Program-made: the position numbers and the translations under genes | In this document: piece by piece, positions 17,401-26,069 of the stretch | How positions within the stretch are numbered: the stretch's first letter is position 1 | Layout: each line of letters opens with the position of its first letter | The notes under the pieces: generated by a model | Told to the model about the DNA's origin: nothing | What the model saw: only the letters and a program-made list of their open reading frames with translations | Databases searched by the model: none | Source of the DNA: an uncultured archaeon | Lineage (GTDB): Archaea > Micrarchaeota > Micrarchaeia > CABMEP01 | DNA: 44,911 nucleotides | Direction of reading: 5' to 3' | NCBI GenBank assembly: GCA_902385155.1 | Contig: CABMEP010000004.1 | Coordinates: 1-44,911 of the forward strand

Positions 17401-18102
17401 ATGGCAATCGAAAGGAAATTCATAGAGGATGCTCTTGCGAGATACAGGATATCCCAGTACCTCAAGGAGAATCTGGAGCGCGTCGGTTTCAGCGGCGTTA
17501 CCATCCAGAGGACCCCCATGGTCACTAGGATAACCGTGGAAGTCGCCAATCCAGGGAGGCTCATCGGAAAGAAGGGCCGCTCCATCAAGAGGCTGACCGA
17601 CACCATCGCGAGCGAATTCGGAGTGAATGACCCGCAGATCGCAGTCGTGCCGGTGGAGAACATCGATCTCGAGCCCAGGCTGGTCGGGCAGTCGATCGTC
17701 AGGAACATCGAGTCCGACAAGCCACTGAGGGCGACGATACACAGGACGCTCAAGAGGATCATAGACGCCGGCGCATTGGGCGCCGAGATCGTCGTAGGCG
17801 GAAAGATCGCGGCGAAGGGCGCGAAGGCGCGCTCCATGCGTGTCAGCTGGGGATACCTCCCGAAGGCGGGAGAAGTCACCAGGCTCGTGAGGAAGGCGCA
17901 GGTGACGGCAAGGCCGAAGTACGGCGCCATCAACGTGCGCGTCTCGATCACGCCGCCGAACGTGGTCTTCCCGGACAAGGTCGCCAAGCAGGCGATTCCA
18001 GTCCCGGGCGTCATCAAGTTCGCGGACGAGAAGTCCGAATCAAGAGTGAAGGCCGAGGCGGCCGCTGCCGTCGCGAAGCCGGCGGAAGAGAAGAAGGAGT
18101 GA
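17401..18102 (+). CDS. rps3: 30S ribosomal protein S3 (uS3)
   Basis: KH-domain N-terminus (KFIEDALARYRISQYLKENLERVGFSGVTIQRTP...IGKKGRSIKRL). ATG 17401 comes after the track's TTG. Confidence 0.95.
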   Translation: MAIERKFIEDALARYRISQYLKENLERVGFSGVTIQRTPMVTRITVEVANPGRLIGKKGRSIKRLTDTIASEFGVNDPQIAVVPVENIDLEPRLVGQSIVRNIESDKPLRATIHRTLKRIIDAGALGAEIVVGGKIAAKGAKARSMRVSWGYLPKAGEVTRLVRKAQVTARPKYGAINVRVSITPPNVVFPDKVAKQAIPVPGVIKFADEKSESRVKAEAAAAVAKPAEEKKE

Positions 18103-18124
18103 ATGAGTTCACAATCGTGATAAT

Positions 18125-18391
18125 ATGAAAGCAAAGGACATCCGAGCAATGGCGCCTGAAGAGATGAAGGCGAAGATCGCGGACCTGCACCGTGAGCTCA
18201 GCATCGAGCACGGCACCAGGTCGTCCGCGGGCGGCAAGTCGAGGAACTACGGCAAGATGAGGACAATCCGCAGGACAGTGGCGAGGATGCTCACCGCGAT
18301 ACGCGCGAAGGAGCTCGGCCTGAACGCGCCGAAGCCCGCGAAGAAGGCAGCAGCCGCGAAGCCGGCCGCCGCGCCGGCCGCGAAGAAATGA
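18125..18391 (+). CDS. rpl29: 50S ribosomal protein L29 (uL29) with A/K/P-rich tail
   Basis: MKAKDIRAMAPEEMKAKIADLHRELSIEH. Confidence 0.92.
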   Translation: MKAKDIRAMAPEEMKAKIADLHRELSIEHGTRSSAGGKSRNYGKMRTIRRTVARMLTAIRAKELGLNAPKPAKKAAAAKPAAAPAAKK

Positions 18392-18424
18392 TCATGTTCA
18401 TGAAATGTCAAATATCAGAGGTGA

Positions 18425-18820
18425 ATGAAGACGTCCGATAACTGTCCAACATGTGGGGTCCATAAGCTCATAGGTGACATCTGTTCAGGATGCGGTCTTC
18501 CGAAGGACATCTGCTCCTGCGCTGCTCTCGAGAAAGAGACGTCGCAGAAGATCAAGGTGACCATCACGAAGGCCAAGTTCAGGAAGTTCGTCACAATGAT
18601 CGTGGGCGTAGAGAAGAACGCCATCGAGAGGGTGGGCAAGGAGCTGAAACAGACGCTCGCCTGCGGGGGGACCGTGAAGGACGGGAAGATCATATTGCAG
18701 GGAGACCACCGCATGAAGATCAAGAAGATGCTGGTGGCGCTCGGATACCCCGAGGAGAACATCACCCTGTCGATGATCGAGGGCGGCGGAAACCGCGGCG
18801 GCCGCGGAAGAAGGAGATGA
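18425..18820 (+). CDS. sui1: translation initiation factor aIF1 (SUI1) with N-terminal Cys-rich knuckle
   Basis: CGLPKDICSC, then KIKVTITKAKFRKFVTMIVG...LKQTLACGGTVKDGKIILQGDHR. Confidence 0.9.
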   Translation: MKTSDNCPTCGVHKLIGDICSGCGLPKDICSCAALEKETSQKIKVTITKAKFRKFVTMIVGVEKNAIERVGKELKQTLACGGTVKDGKIILQGDHRMKIKKMLVALGYPEENITLSMIEGGGNRGGRGRRR

Positions 18821-18824
18821 GGTC

Positions 18825-19124
18825 ATGAAGCGCGCAACTCGCCTGTCAGCGAGTGCGCATGCGTCGCAGACGCATCGCGCGATCGAGTACATCGGGCTCC
18901 GCGTGGCCGTGACAAGAAGCCCGTCCAAGGAAAGGATCGGCATCTCCGGCGTCGTCGTCGACGAGACGAAGAACACGTTCGTGATAGAGAAGGATGATGG
19001 AAAGGAAGTGACGGTCCCGAAACAGAGCTCGTCGTTCCGCTTCAAGGAAGGCGGGAAGGCGTTCGATGTGGACGGGTCGGATATCGCGTTCAGGCCGGAA
19101 GACCGGCCGAAGAAGACGCGATGA
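18825..19124 (+). CDS. rnp1: RNase P protein component 1 (Rpp29/Pop4)
   Basis: IGLRVAVTRSPSKERIGISGVVVDETKNTFVIEKDDGKEVTVPK, in the conserved position between SUI1 and S17. Confidence 0.85.
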   Translation: MKRATRLSASAHASQTHRAIEYIGLRVAVTRSPSKERIGISGVVVDETKNTFVIEKDDGKEVTVPKQSSSFRFKEGGKAFDVDGSDIAFRPEDRPKKTR

Positions 19125-19161
19125 AGAAGGAAAGACAGGTTGATGATAATCAAGTGATCGT

Positions 19162-19479
19162 ATGGAAGACAAGGATTGCGGAGACCAGAAGTGTTTCATC
19201 CACGGCGATGTGAAAGTCCGTGGCCAGATGCTCACCGGAACGGTTGTCAGCGCCAAGGCCAAGAGGACAGCGATAGTGGAGAGGCCCCGCATAATCTACT
19301 TCCCGAAGTACAAGAGGTACGCGAGGACCAGGTCCAGGCTCGCGGCGCACAACCCCCCCTGCATCAACGCCAAGGTCGGCGACACTGTCAAGATCGGGGA
19401 GTGCAGGAAGCTCAGCAGGACCAAGACATGGACGATCGTAGAGATAACGGAGAAGCCAGGAGAGGGGCAGAAGAAGTGA
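19162..19479 (+). CDS. rps17: 30S ribosomal protein S17 (uS17)
   Basis: GTVVSAKAKRTAIVERPRIIYFPKYKRYARTRSRLAAHNP...VGDTVKIGECRKLSRTKTW. Confidence 0.95.
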   Translation: MEDKDCGDQKCFIHGDVKVRGQMLTGTVVSAKAKRTAIVERPRIIYFPKYKRYARTRSRLAAHNPPCINAKVGDTVKIGECRKLSRTKTWTIVEITEKPGEGQKK

Positions 19480-19502
19480 ATCAGGCATCCAGGTGAACGA
19501 TT

Positions 19503-19901
19503 ATGAAGGCATTACCAAGCAACATCCCGCGTTCGCTCCCGGTCGGAGCGGTCATCAACTGCGACGACAACAGCGGCGCAAAGGTGGTGCAGATCATAGG
19601 CATGCTCAAGGCGCCCACCAAGAGGAGCAGGCTGCCCAAGGTCGGGATCGGCGATGTCGCCATCGTGGCCGTCAAGAAGGGGAGCCCGCAGATGATCAAG
19701 AAGGTGGAGAAGGCGCTCATACTCAGGCAACGCAAGCCCATGCGCAGGCCGAACGGGATGCGCGTCATGTTCGAGGACAACGCGTGCGCCCTCATAGACG
19801 ACACGGGCCTGCCGAAAGGCACTGAGATCAAGGGCGTCATCGCCCGAGAAGTAGCGGAGAGGTACCCGAAGGTGGCTGCGATCGCCTGGGGTATCATATA
19901 A
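19503..19901 (+). CDS. rpl14: 50S ribosomal protein L14 (uL14)
   Basis: VINCDDNSGAK...GDVAIVAVKKG...KALILRQRKP. Confidence 0.96.
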   Translation: MKALPSNIPRSLPVGAVINCDDNSGAKVVQIIGMLKAPTKRSRLPKVGIGDVAIVAVKKGSPQMIKKVEKALILRQRKPMRRPNGMRVMFEDNACALIDDTGLPKGTEIKGVIAREVAERYPKVAAIAWGII

Positions 19902-19912
19902 TTGGTGTTCAT

Positions 19913-20242
19913 ATGCTGAAGACGTCAGAGAAACCGAGACAGCAGAGGAAGTTCAGGTACACGGCGCCGCTGCACCTGCGCACGCATTTCGTGCACGTGC
20001 ACCTCAGCAAGGACCTGAGGGCGAAGATGAAGAAGCGCGCGATCGCCGTCAAGAAGGGCGACAAGGTGAAAGTGATGCGCGGAAAGTTCGCCGGCAAGGA
20101 AGGCAAGATCATGTCGGTCAACCTCACGAGGGCGAAGGTCTTCATCGAGGGGATGGCCGCGAAGAAGCAGAAGGGCAAGGAAGTCCCGCTCGCGTTCGAG
20201 CCATCGAATCTCATGATCACGGAAATGACGGAAAGGAAGTAA
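19913..20242 (+). CDS. rpl24: 50S ribosomal protein L24 (uL24)
   Basis: KOW motif KKGDKVKVMRGKFAGKEGKIMSVN. Confidence 0.94.
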   Translation: MLKTSEKPRQQRKFRYTAPLHLRTHFVHVHLSKDLRAKMKKRAIAVKKGDKVKVMRGKFAGKEGKIMSVNLTRAKVFIEGMAAKKQKGKEVPLAFEPSNLMITEMTERK

Positions 20243-20261
20243 GCAATGAAGGATGATTAGC

Positions 20262-20444
20262 ATGACAACCGCAACTATAGAGAAGCCAAAGACAGGGACG
20301 ACGATCCCAACCACGAAAGGAACGAGCGCGGTGGGCGCCAACGTGCGCAACGATATCAGCACCAACTGGCGCGTGCTCTGCAGGCTGCAGTCTGAAGGGC
20401 CGCTTAATGCCTCTGCGAAGAGGAATGGGGCGCGCAGGAACTGA
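20262..20444 (+). CDS. small basic protein A (60 aa), unknown family, paralog of B
   Basis: MTTATIEKPKTGTTIPTTKGT...NWRVLCRLQSEGPLNASAKRNGARRN. Preceded by GATGATTAGC and then the ATG. The C-terminal half aligns with ORF B. Confidence 0.55.
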   Translation: MTTATIEKPKTGTTIPTTKGTSAVGANVRNDISTNWRVLCRLQSEGPLNASAKRNGARRN

Positions 20445-20454
20445 GATGATTATC

Positions 20455-20634
20455 ATGACAACGACGACAATGACAGACAAGAGGACAACGGCCCCGACCG
20501 TGAAGAGGACGGGCACACTAGTGGTCTGCGCCCGCAAAGGCAAGGTGCACATCGACTGGAATGCGCTCCGCAGGATACAGTCCGAGGGGCCGCTATACGC
20601 TCCCGTGGAAATCATGGGTGCGCGCAGGAACTGA
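20455..20634 (+). CDS. small basic protein B (59 aa), unknown family, paralog of A
   Basis: MTTTTMTDKRTTAPTVKRTGT...DWNALRRIQSEGPLYAPVEIMGARRN. Same start context and identical ...GCGCGCAGGAACTGAGATGA junction as ORF A. The shared QSEGPL block differs from A only by synonymous third-position changes. Confidence 0.55.
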   Translation: MTTTTMTDKRTTAPTVKRTGTLVVCARKGKVHIDWNALRRIQSEGPLYAPVEIMGARRN

Positions 20635-20644
20635 GATGACGATC

Positions 20645-20914
20645 ATGGCGAAGCCAACAACACTTCAACTGCCGGAACGGAGAACCGCCTCCAAGACGGA
20701 GGAGTTCACGCTCGCGAGGGCGCGCTTCAAGCACCAGAAGCTGGGCATGGAATCGCTGCTGCGCAGGCTGACGACCAGCAACATGCGGTCCGTGGTGGGC
20801 GGGCAGCCAGTGCTGATCCCAAGCCGTCTCGTGCCCGGTTGCATGAGGGCCGGCCACCAAAAGAAGGTGGATGGGAGCGACACTCTCGTCATGATAGGCG
20901 CAGAGATCAACTGA
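20645..20914 (+). CDS. small basic protein C (89 aa), unknown family
   Basis: MAKPTTLQLPERRTASKTEEFTLARARFKHQKLGMESLLRRLTTSN.... Same GATGACGATC-ATG start context. Fills the rest of the L24-S4e gap. Confidence 0.45.
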   Translation: MAKPTTLQLPERRTASKTEEFTLARARFKHQKLGMESLLRRLTTSNMRSVVGGQPVLIPSRLVPGCMRAGHQKKVDGSDTLVMIGAEIN

Positions 20915-20950
20915 GATTCAAAGGCAATATTCATTCGATAAGTGATGATT

Positions 20951-21652
20951 ATGGGTAAGAAAGGAGGAACAAGGCACCTGAAGAGGATTGCGATGCCGCA
21001 GTCGTTCAGCGCGCCGCGCAAGGTCATGACATGGATCAAGAAGCCGCTGCCGGGCAGGCACGCCGTGAAGGGGGCGATATCGCTCTCGCAGGCGGTCCGC
21101 GACCTAGGCTTCGCCATGAACTCAAGGGAATCCAAATTGATACTCGCCAACAGGAAGATACTCGTCGACGGAATAGTCCGCGTCGAGATGAAGGACCCGG
21201 TGGGGTTCATGGACGTCATCACGGTAGGCGAGAAGAACTGGCGCGCCATCCTCGACGGCAAGGGCCGCATCGTCATGGCCAAGACAACCAAGCCGGACCT
21301 CAAGCTCTGCCAGGTGAGGAAGAAAGTGAGGATGAAGGGCGGCAAGGTACAGCTCACGCTCCACGACGGAAGGAATGTCATCGGATTCGACGCCAAGGTC
21401 GGCGACACGGTGGAAGTGTCGCTGCCGGACGGCAAGCCGAAGGGCAAGATCGCCCTCAAGGCCGGATCCAAGTGTTTCGTCATCGGCGGGAAGAAGATCG
21501 GACGAATCGGCACGATCGAAGAGCTCGTGCCGGGCTCAGCGACCCGTCTCAGCGAGGCGAAATGCAAGCTGGAGGACGGAATCGTATACACGACGCTGAA
21601 GGAGTACCTGTTCCCGATAACGGACGGTACGTTCGAGGCGAAGAAAGAGTGA
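20951..21652 (+). CDS. rps4e: 30S ribosomal protein S4e (eS4)
   Basis: MGKKGGTRHLKRIAMPQSF... with a KOW-like middle region. ATG 20951 follows GTGATGATT. Confidence 0.95.
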   Translation: MGKKGGTRHLKRIAMPQSFSAPRKVMTWIKKPLPGRHAVKGAISLSQAVRDLGFAMNSRESKLILANRKILVDGIVRVEMKDPVGFMDVITVGEKNWRAILDGKGRIVMAKTTKPDLKLCQVRKKVRMKGGKVQLTLHDGRNVIGFDAKVGDTVEVSLPDGKPKGKIALKAGSKCFVIGGKKIGRIGTIEELVPGSATRLSEAKCKLEDGIVYTTLKEYLFPITDGTFEAKKE

Positions 21653-21682
21653 ATCAGGGTTTAATGTTTGCAAGTGGTACAA

Positions 21683-22189
21683 ATGGACATGAAATCGGTC
21701 AAGCTTGAGAAGGTGACTGTCAACGTCGGCATGGGCGAGTCTACCGACCGCCTGAAGAAGGCCAAGGTTATCATAGAGAAGCTCAGCGGCAAGACAGCGG
21801 CGCTCACGCAGGCGCGCAGGAGGGTTCAGGCCTTCGGAATCAGGAAGGGAGACACCATCGGCGCGAAGGTCACGCTCAGGGGCGAGGACGCAACGGAGTT
21901 CCTGAAGAAGGCGTTCGATGCCGTGGAGTACAAGATGAACAAGCGCTCCATAGACAATCACGGCAACTTCGCGTTCGGAGTGAAGGAGTACATCGACTTC
22001 CCGGGCGCCAAGTACGATCCCACGATCGGAATCATCGGATTCGACGTCTGCGGCACCATGGTCAGGCCGGGCAAGCGCGTCACAGTGCGCAGGAGGCTCA
22101 GGTCAACGATCAGGAGCAGGCACCGGGTCACTCCGGACGAGACCGCGGATTTCCTCGTGAAGAATTTCAAGGTGAATTTCTATGAGTAA
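21683..22189 (+). CDS. rpl5: 50S ribosomal protein L5 (uL5)
   Basis: KLEKVTVNVGMGES...FGIRKGDTIGAKVTLRG...GNFAFGVKEYIDFPG. Confidence 0.95.
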   Translation: MDMKSVKLEKVTVNVGMGESTDRLKKAKVIIEKLSGKTAALTQARRRVQAFGIRKGDTIGAKVTLRGEDATEFLKKAFDAVEYKMNKRSIDNHGNFAFGVKEYIDFPGAKYDPTIGIIGFDVCGTMVRPGKRVTVRRRLRSTIRSRHRVTPDETADFLVKNFKVNFYE

Positions 22190-22355
22190 GGTTGACGTTA
22201 AACGCCTCGCGAACATGCAGAAGGGCAAGGGCACCAGGAAGTGCAAGCTGTGTGGCACCGCGAGAGGGAACATCAGGAAGTACGGCCTCAACATATGCAG
22301 GCGGTGCTTGCGCGAGGTCGGCGAGTCGGTCGGCTTCCGCAAGTTCGGCGATTAA
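22182..22355 (+). CDS. rps14: 30S ribosomal protein S14 type Z (uS14)
   Basis: 57-aa ORF not in the track: MSKVDVKRLANMQKGKGTRKCKLCGTARGNIRKYGLNICRRCLREVGESVGFRKFGD. Has the C..C...C..C zinc motif and overlaps the L5 stop by 8 nt. Confidence 0.9.
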   Translation: MSKVDVKRLANMQKGKGTRKCKLCGTARGNIRKYGLNICRRCLREVGESVGFRKFGD

Positions 22356-22377
22356 GGTCATATTGCAAGGTGTGTTT

Positions 22378-22758
22378 ATGGATATCCTGTCTGACGCTTT
22401 GAACATCATACGCGTGCACAAGAATGCCGGAAAGAGCGAGTGCAGAGTGCACTCCAACAAGATCACCGGCGAAGTGCTCAAGATCATGCAGCGCGAGGGC
22501 TACATCGGCCAGTTCGAGCAGGTCACCGAGGGCCCGAGCGTGTACTTCGTGGTCAAGGACATCGGCCCGATCAACGACTGCGGCACAATCAAGCCGCGCG
22601 CGCCGCTGAAGGCGGTCGATGTCAGCAAGGCCGAGGAGCAGTACCTGCCGAGCAAGGATTTCGGCGTGCTGATCATCACGACACCGAAGGGGATCGTGAC
22701 GAACAAGGAGATCAAGGACCTGAAGAGCGGCGGCAGGCTGGTCGCTTTCATATATTGA
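22378..22758 (+). CDS. rps8: 30S ribosomal protein S8 (uS8)
   Basis: MDILSDALNIIRVHKNAGKSEC...ITTPKGIVTNKE...GGRLVAFIY. The track ORF 22192-22758 is an over-extension. Confidence 0.95.
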   Translation: MDILSDALNIIRVHKNAGKSECRVHSNKITGEVLKIMQREGYIGQFEQVTEGPSVYFVVKDIGPINDCGTIKPRAPLKAVDVSKAEEQYLPSKDFGVLIITTPKGIVTNKEIKDLKSGGRLVAFIY

Positions 22759-22780
22759 GTAATGTTTCATGGTGTTAGAT

Positions 22781-23278
22781 ATGGCTGAAGAGAAGATCGA
22801 GTTTCCGTCTGGAGTCAGCATCTCGCTGGCGAGGAACGAATTCACAATCAGCGGCCCGAAGGGCAAGGTCACAGCGGCCATACCGCCGGTGACGGCGAAG
22901 GTCGAGGGCAACGCGGTCACCATCAGCGGCAGCGACAAGTCGTTCGTCAACACGGCGGTCGCGCTCGTGAAGTCGGCGACGAAAGGAGTGACGGAGGGGT
23001 ACACGATGAAGCTCCAGATCGTCTACGCCCATTTCCCGATCACGCTCGAGCAGAAAGGAGCGGCCATAGTCATCAAGAACTTCCTCGGGGAGAAGAACCC
23101 ACGCAAGGCGAAGGTCGTCGGCGACACCAAGGTCAAGGTGGAGAAGGAGTTCATTAGCCTGAGCGGCACGGACAAGTACGCGATCGGCCAGACCGCCACC
23201 AACCTCAAGCAGGCGACGCACATCAGGTTCAAGGACCCGCGCGTCTTCCAGGACGGCATATACGACGCGCCGCAGTGA
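22781..23278 (+). CDS. rpl6: 50S ribosomal protein L6 (uL6)
   Basis: IEFPSGVSISLARNEFTISGPKG...YAHFPI.... Confidence 0.94.
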   Translation: MAEEKIEFPSGVSISLARNEFTISGPKGKVTAAIPPVTAKVEGNAVTISGSDKSFVNTAVALVKSATKGVTEGYTMKLQIVYAHFPITLEQKGAAIVIKNFLGEKNPRKAKVVGDTKVKVEKEFISLSGTDKYAIGQTATNLKQATHIRFKDPRVFQDGIYDAPQ

Positions 23279-23298
23279 TATGATACAAGGTGTTACTC

Positions 23299-23646
23299 AT
23301 GAGAAAGCATCCGAAATTCAACGTCCCGAACGTGGACAGGAAGAAGCGCGTCAAGGCCAGGTGGAGGAAGCCGAGGGGAATAGACAACAAGAAGAGAATC
23401 CACAAGAAGATCATGGGCGCATCGCCATCCATCGGATGGAGGAGCCCGAGAGATGACCGCGGATTCCACCCGTCCGGCAACAAGGAAGTGATGATCCACT
23501 CCCTGAAGGACATGGACAATCTCGGTGGCATGAAGGGGATAGTGCTCAGGATCGCGGGCGTTCTCGGAGCGAAGAAGAGGGCGGTCGTGATGGAGAAGGC
23601 GAAGGCCCTGAAGCTGAGGGTGCTCAATCCGTACACCAAGGGCTGA
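23299..23646 (+). CDS. rpl32e: 50S ribosomal protein L32e (eL32)
   Basis: KRVKARWRKPRGIDNKKR...GFHPSG. Confidence 0.93.
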   Translation: MRKHPKFNVPNVDRKKRVKARWRKPRGIDNKKRIHKKIMGASPSIGWRSPRDDRGFHPSGNKEVMIHSLKDMDNLGGMKGIVLRIAGVLGAKKRAVVMEKAKALKLRVLNPYTKG

Positions 23647-23669
23647 ACGAATAGACAAATGTGATATTT

Positions 23670-24146
23670 ATGGCAATCTCGACTGTGAGACGAATGGCGG
23701 CTGCGATCCTCAAGGCTGGGGAGAGCAGGATTAAGATAGACCCGCAGCGCACGGAAGACGCCGCGAAGGCGGTGACCAAGGACGATGTCCGCGGCCTCAT
23801 CAGGCAGGGCGTCGTCACTGTCGTGCGCAAGAAAGGCGTTTCCAGGGCAATCGGCCGGCTCCATGACGCGAAGAAGCGCAAGGGAGGACGGCACGGCTTC
23901 TCCAAGAGGAGAGGCACCCACGGCGCGAGGGCCGGCGGCAAGAAGGAATGGCTGCTTCGGGTCAGGGCGCAGAGGAAGCTCCTCAAGGCCCTGAAGGAGA
24001 AGGGCCAGATCGCGAGCAACGCCGCGTACCGCGAGACCTATCTCAAGATCAAGGGCGGCGCGTTCCCGGACAGGGCGCGCGTCAAGATGTTCCTGAAGGA
24101 GAAGAACTATCTCACGGCCGCCGAGAAGACGGAAGCGAAGAAGTGA
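23670..24146 (+). CDS. rpl19e: 50S ribosomal protein L19e (eL19)
   Basis: VRRMAAAILKAGESRIKIDP...DVRGLIRQGVV...KGVSR. Confidence 0.94.
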   Translation: MAISTVRRMAAAILKAGESRIKIDPQRTEDAAKAVTKDDVRGLIRQGVVTVVRKKGVSRAIGRLHDAKKRKGGRHGFSKRRGTHGARAGGKKEWLLRVRAQRKLLKALKEKGQIASNAAYRETYLKIKGGAFPDRARVKMFLKEKNYLTAAEKTEAKK

Positions 24147-24225
24147 TTCAAGATTATGAATGGATAAACCAAGGGAATCGATCCGGGAAGGTCGAGAAAA
24201 CCGCAGGTTATTCGAAGTGATGATT

Positions 24226-24894
24226 ATGGCGAGAGCAACTGGACCGACATACAACCTCTCCTTCAAGAGGAGGAGGCTCAACCTGACCAACTACAGGAAG
24301 AGGCTAGCCCTGCTCAAGTCGGGGATCCCGAGGTTCGTCGTCAGGAAGACCAACCGCGCGATCATCATCCAGCTCATACAGTTCACACCGAATTTCGACA
24401 AGACCCTGGTGTCCGCCAACTCGGCGGAGCTGAAGTCGGTCGGATGGCACCCGAAGGCGAACCTGCCCACCGCTTATCTCACGGCATTGCTGTGCGCCGA
24501 GCGCGCGAAGGGGGCCAAGGTCGAGGACGCGGTTCTCGACATAGGGCTGCAGTCCGCGTCCAAGGGCGCGTTCATATTCGCAGCGCTGAAGGGCGCGCTC
24601 GACGGCGGGCTGAAGGTGCCTGTCGGAGAGGTCGCATTCGACGAGGCGAGGATATCGGGCAAGCACATCGCCGAGTACGCCAAGAAGATCGCCGGAAGCG
24701 ACGCCTACAAGAGGCAGTTCGGCGACTACATCAAGGCGGGCGCGAAGCCTGAGAACCTTGACGCGCAGTTCGCGGACGCCAAGAAGAAGATATCATCCGG
24801 CGCGATCCCGGCGAAGGCCCCGAAGGCCAAGTCCGAGAAGAAGCCGGCGGCGAAGCCCTCGAAGGCTCCGGCCGCGAAGGCAGCGAAGAAATGA
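24226..24894 (+). CDS. rpl18: 50S ribosomal protein L18 (uL18) with A/K/P-rich tail
   Basis: GPTYNLSFKRRRLNLTNYRKRLALLKSGIPRFVVRKTNRAIIIQL. ATG 24226 follows GTGATGATT. Confidence 0.94.
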   Translation: MARATGPTYNLSFKRRRLNLTNYRKRLALLKSGIPRFVVRKTNRAIIIQLIQFTPNFDKTLVSANSAELKSVGWHPKANLPTAYLTALLCAERAKGAKVEDAVLDIGLQSASKGAFIFAALKGALDGGLKVPVGEVAFDEARISGKHIAEYAKKIAGSDAYKRQFGDYIKAGAKPENLDAQFADAKKKISSGAIPAKAPKAKSEKKPAAKPSKAPAAKAAKK

Positions 24895-24913
24895 ATTTCA
24901 TTAGGGGATAATT

Positions 24914-25573
24914 ATGAAGCTTAGACGAGGGAAAGTAAGGAGAACGGCCGCGGTCGCGGAGAACATCGACGCATGGGTCCCGAAGACATCATTGGGCAAG
25001 TCAGTCAAGTCCAAGGAGGTCGGCAGCCTGGAGGACATCCTCCAGAAGGGCAAACCCATACTCGAGTCCGAGATCGTCGACACTCTGGTCCCGACCCTCA
25101 TGCAGGAGACCATCGAGCTGTCGTCCACCCAGAGGATGACCGACTCCGGCAGGAAGGCCAAGTACAGGGCGGTCGTCGTCGTAGGTGACAGCGAGCGCTA
25201 CATCGGCATCGGCTCCGGCAAGGCGGACGAAGTGAGGCCTGCGATCGAGGCGGCAGTCAAGGACGCCAAGATCAACATCATTCACACTAATCTCGGATGC
25301 GGCTCGTCCCAGTGCAACTGCGGGACGAAGCACAGCCTGCCGATACAGGCGGAAGGCAAGTACGGCGGAGTGACATTGCTCCTCAAGCCGGCGCCGAGAG
25401 GGACGGGCATCGTGGCGAACAAGATCGTCAAGAGGGTGCTCCAGCTCGCGGGGGTCAAGGACGTGTGGACCAAGGCGGAGGGAAGGACCAAGAACAGGTT
25501 CAGCACCGCAATGGCCGTCGTCAACGCGATCGACGAGCTCAACAGGATGAGGATCAAGCAGCCGTGGTCCTGA
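24914..25573 (+). CDS. rps5: 30S ribosomal protein S5 (uS5)
   Basis: STQRMTDSGRKAKYRAVVVVGD..YIGIGSGKA.EV..AI..A...A. Confidence 0.95.
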   Translation: MKLRRGKVRRTAAVAENIDAWVPKTSLGKSVKSKEVGSLEDILQKGKPILESEIVDTLVPTLMQETIELSSTQRMTDSGRKAKYRAVVVVGDSERYIGIGSGKADEVRPAIEAAVKDAKINIIHTNLGCGSSQCNCGTKHSLPIQAEGKYGGVTLLLKPAPRGTGIVANKIVKRVLQLAGVKDVWTKAEGRTKNRFSTAMAVVNAIDELNRMRIKQPWS

Positions 25574-25609
25574 GTGGCATTCATACAATGAAAGCAGACA
25601 AGTGATCAT

Positions 25610-26035
25610 ATGGTAATCGCAATTGTTCTCGTTCGCGGAATCTCCGGGATGAAACCGGACATCAAGAGGACGCTTGAGCTCCTCAAGCTCAACACCAAGC
25701 ACCACTGCGTGCTCTACAAAGAGGAGACAGTGACCATCAAGGGCATGCTCAACGTCTGCAAGGACTTCGTCACCTGGGGGACCGTATCCAAAGAGGTCCT
25801 GCGCACGCTCATAGAGAAGCGCGGCAGGCTCCCTGGGGACAAGAGGGTCCCGGCCGAATCGGTGGACAAGGTCATCAAGCTCATAGAGGCAGGCGAGAAG
25901 AAGACCGGCATCAAGTCGGTGTTCAGGCTCAGCCCGCCGAGCAAGGGATGGAAGTCAACCAAGGACAGGTTCCCGAAGGGAGCGCTCGGCCCGCGCGGCG
26001 ACAAGATGGACGCCCTTCTCAGGAGAATGATCTGA
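25610..26035 (+). CDS. rpl30: 50S ribosomal protein L30 (uL30)
   Basis: IAIVLVRGISGMKPDIKRTLELLKL. Confidence 0.92.
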   Translation: MVIAIVLVRGISGMKPDIKRTLELLKLNTKHHCVLYKEETVTIKGMLNVCKDFVTWGTVSKEVLRTLIEKRGRLPGDKRVPAESVDKVIKLIEAGEKKTGIKSVFRLSPPSKGWKSTKDRFPKGALGPRGDKMDALLRRMI

Positions 26036-26069
26036 TCCAGCGAGATGAAATTCATACAGCGGTGAAAAT

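Noticed and set aside
22192-22758. 188-aa ORF merging the S14 region with S8
   Set aside because: The N-terminal 62 codons are an out-of-frame read through rps14. S8 starts at ATG 22378 after GGTGTGTTT, and S14 is the separate 57-aa ORF 22182-22355.
23229-24290. 353-aa minus-strand ORF
   Set aside because: Antisense to rpl32e, rpl19e and rpl18. A shadow ORF.
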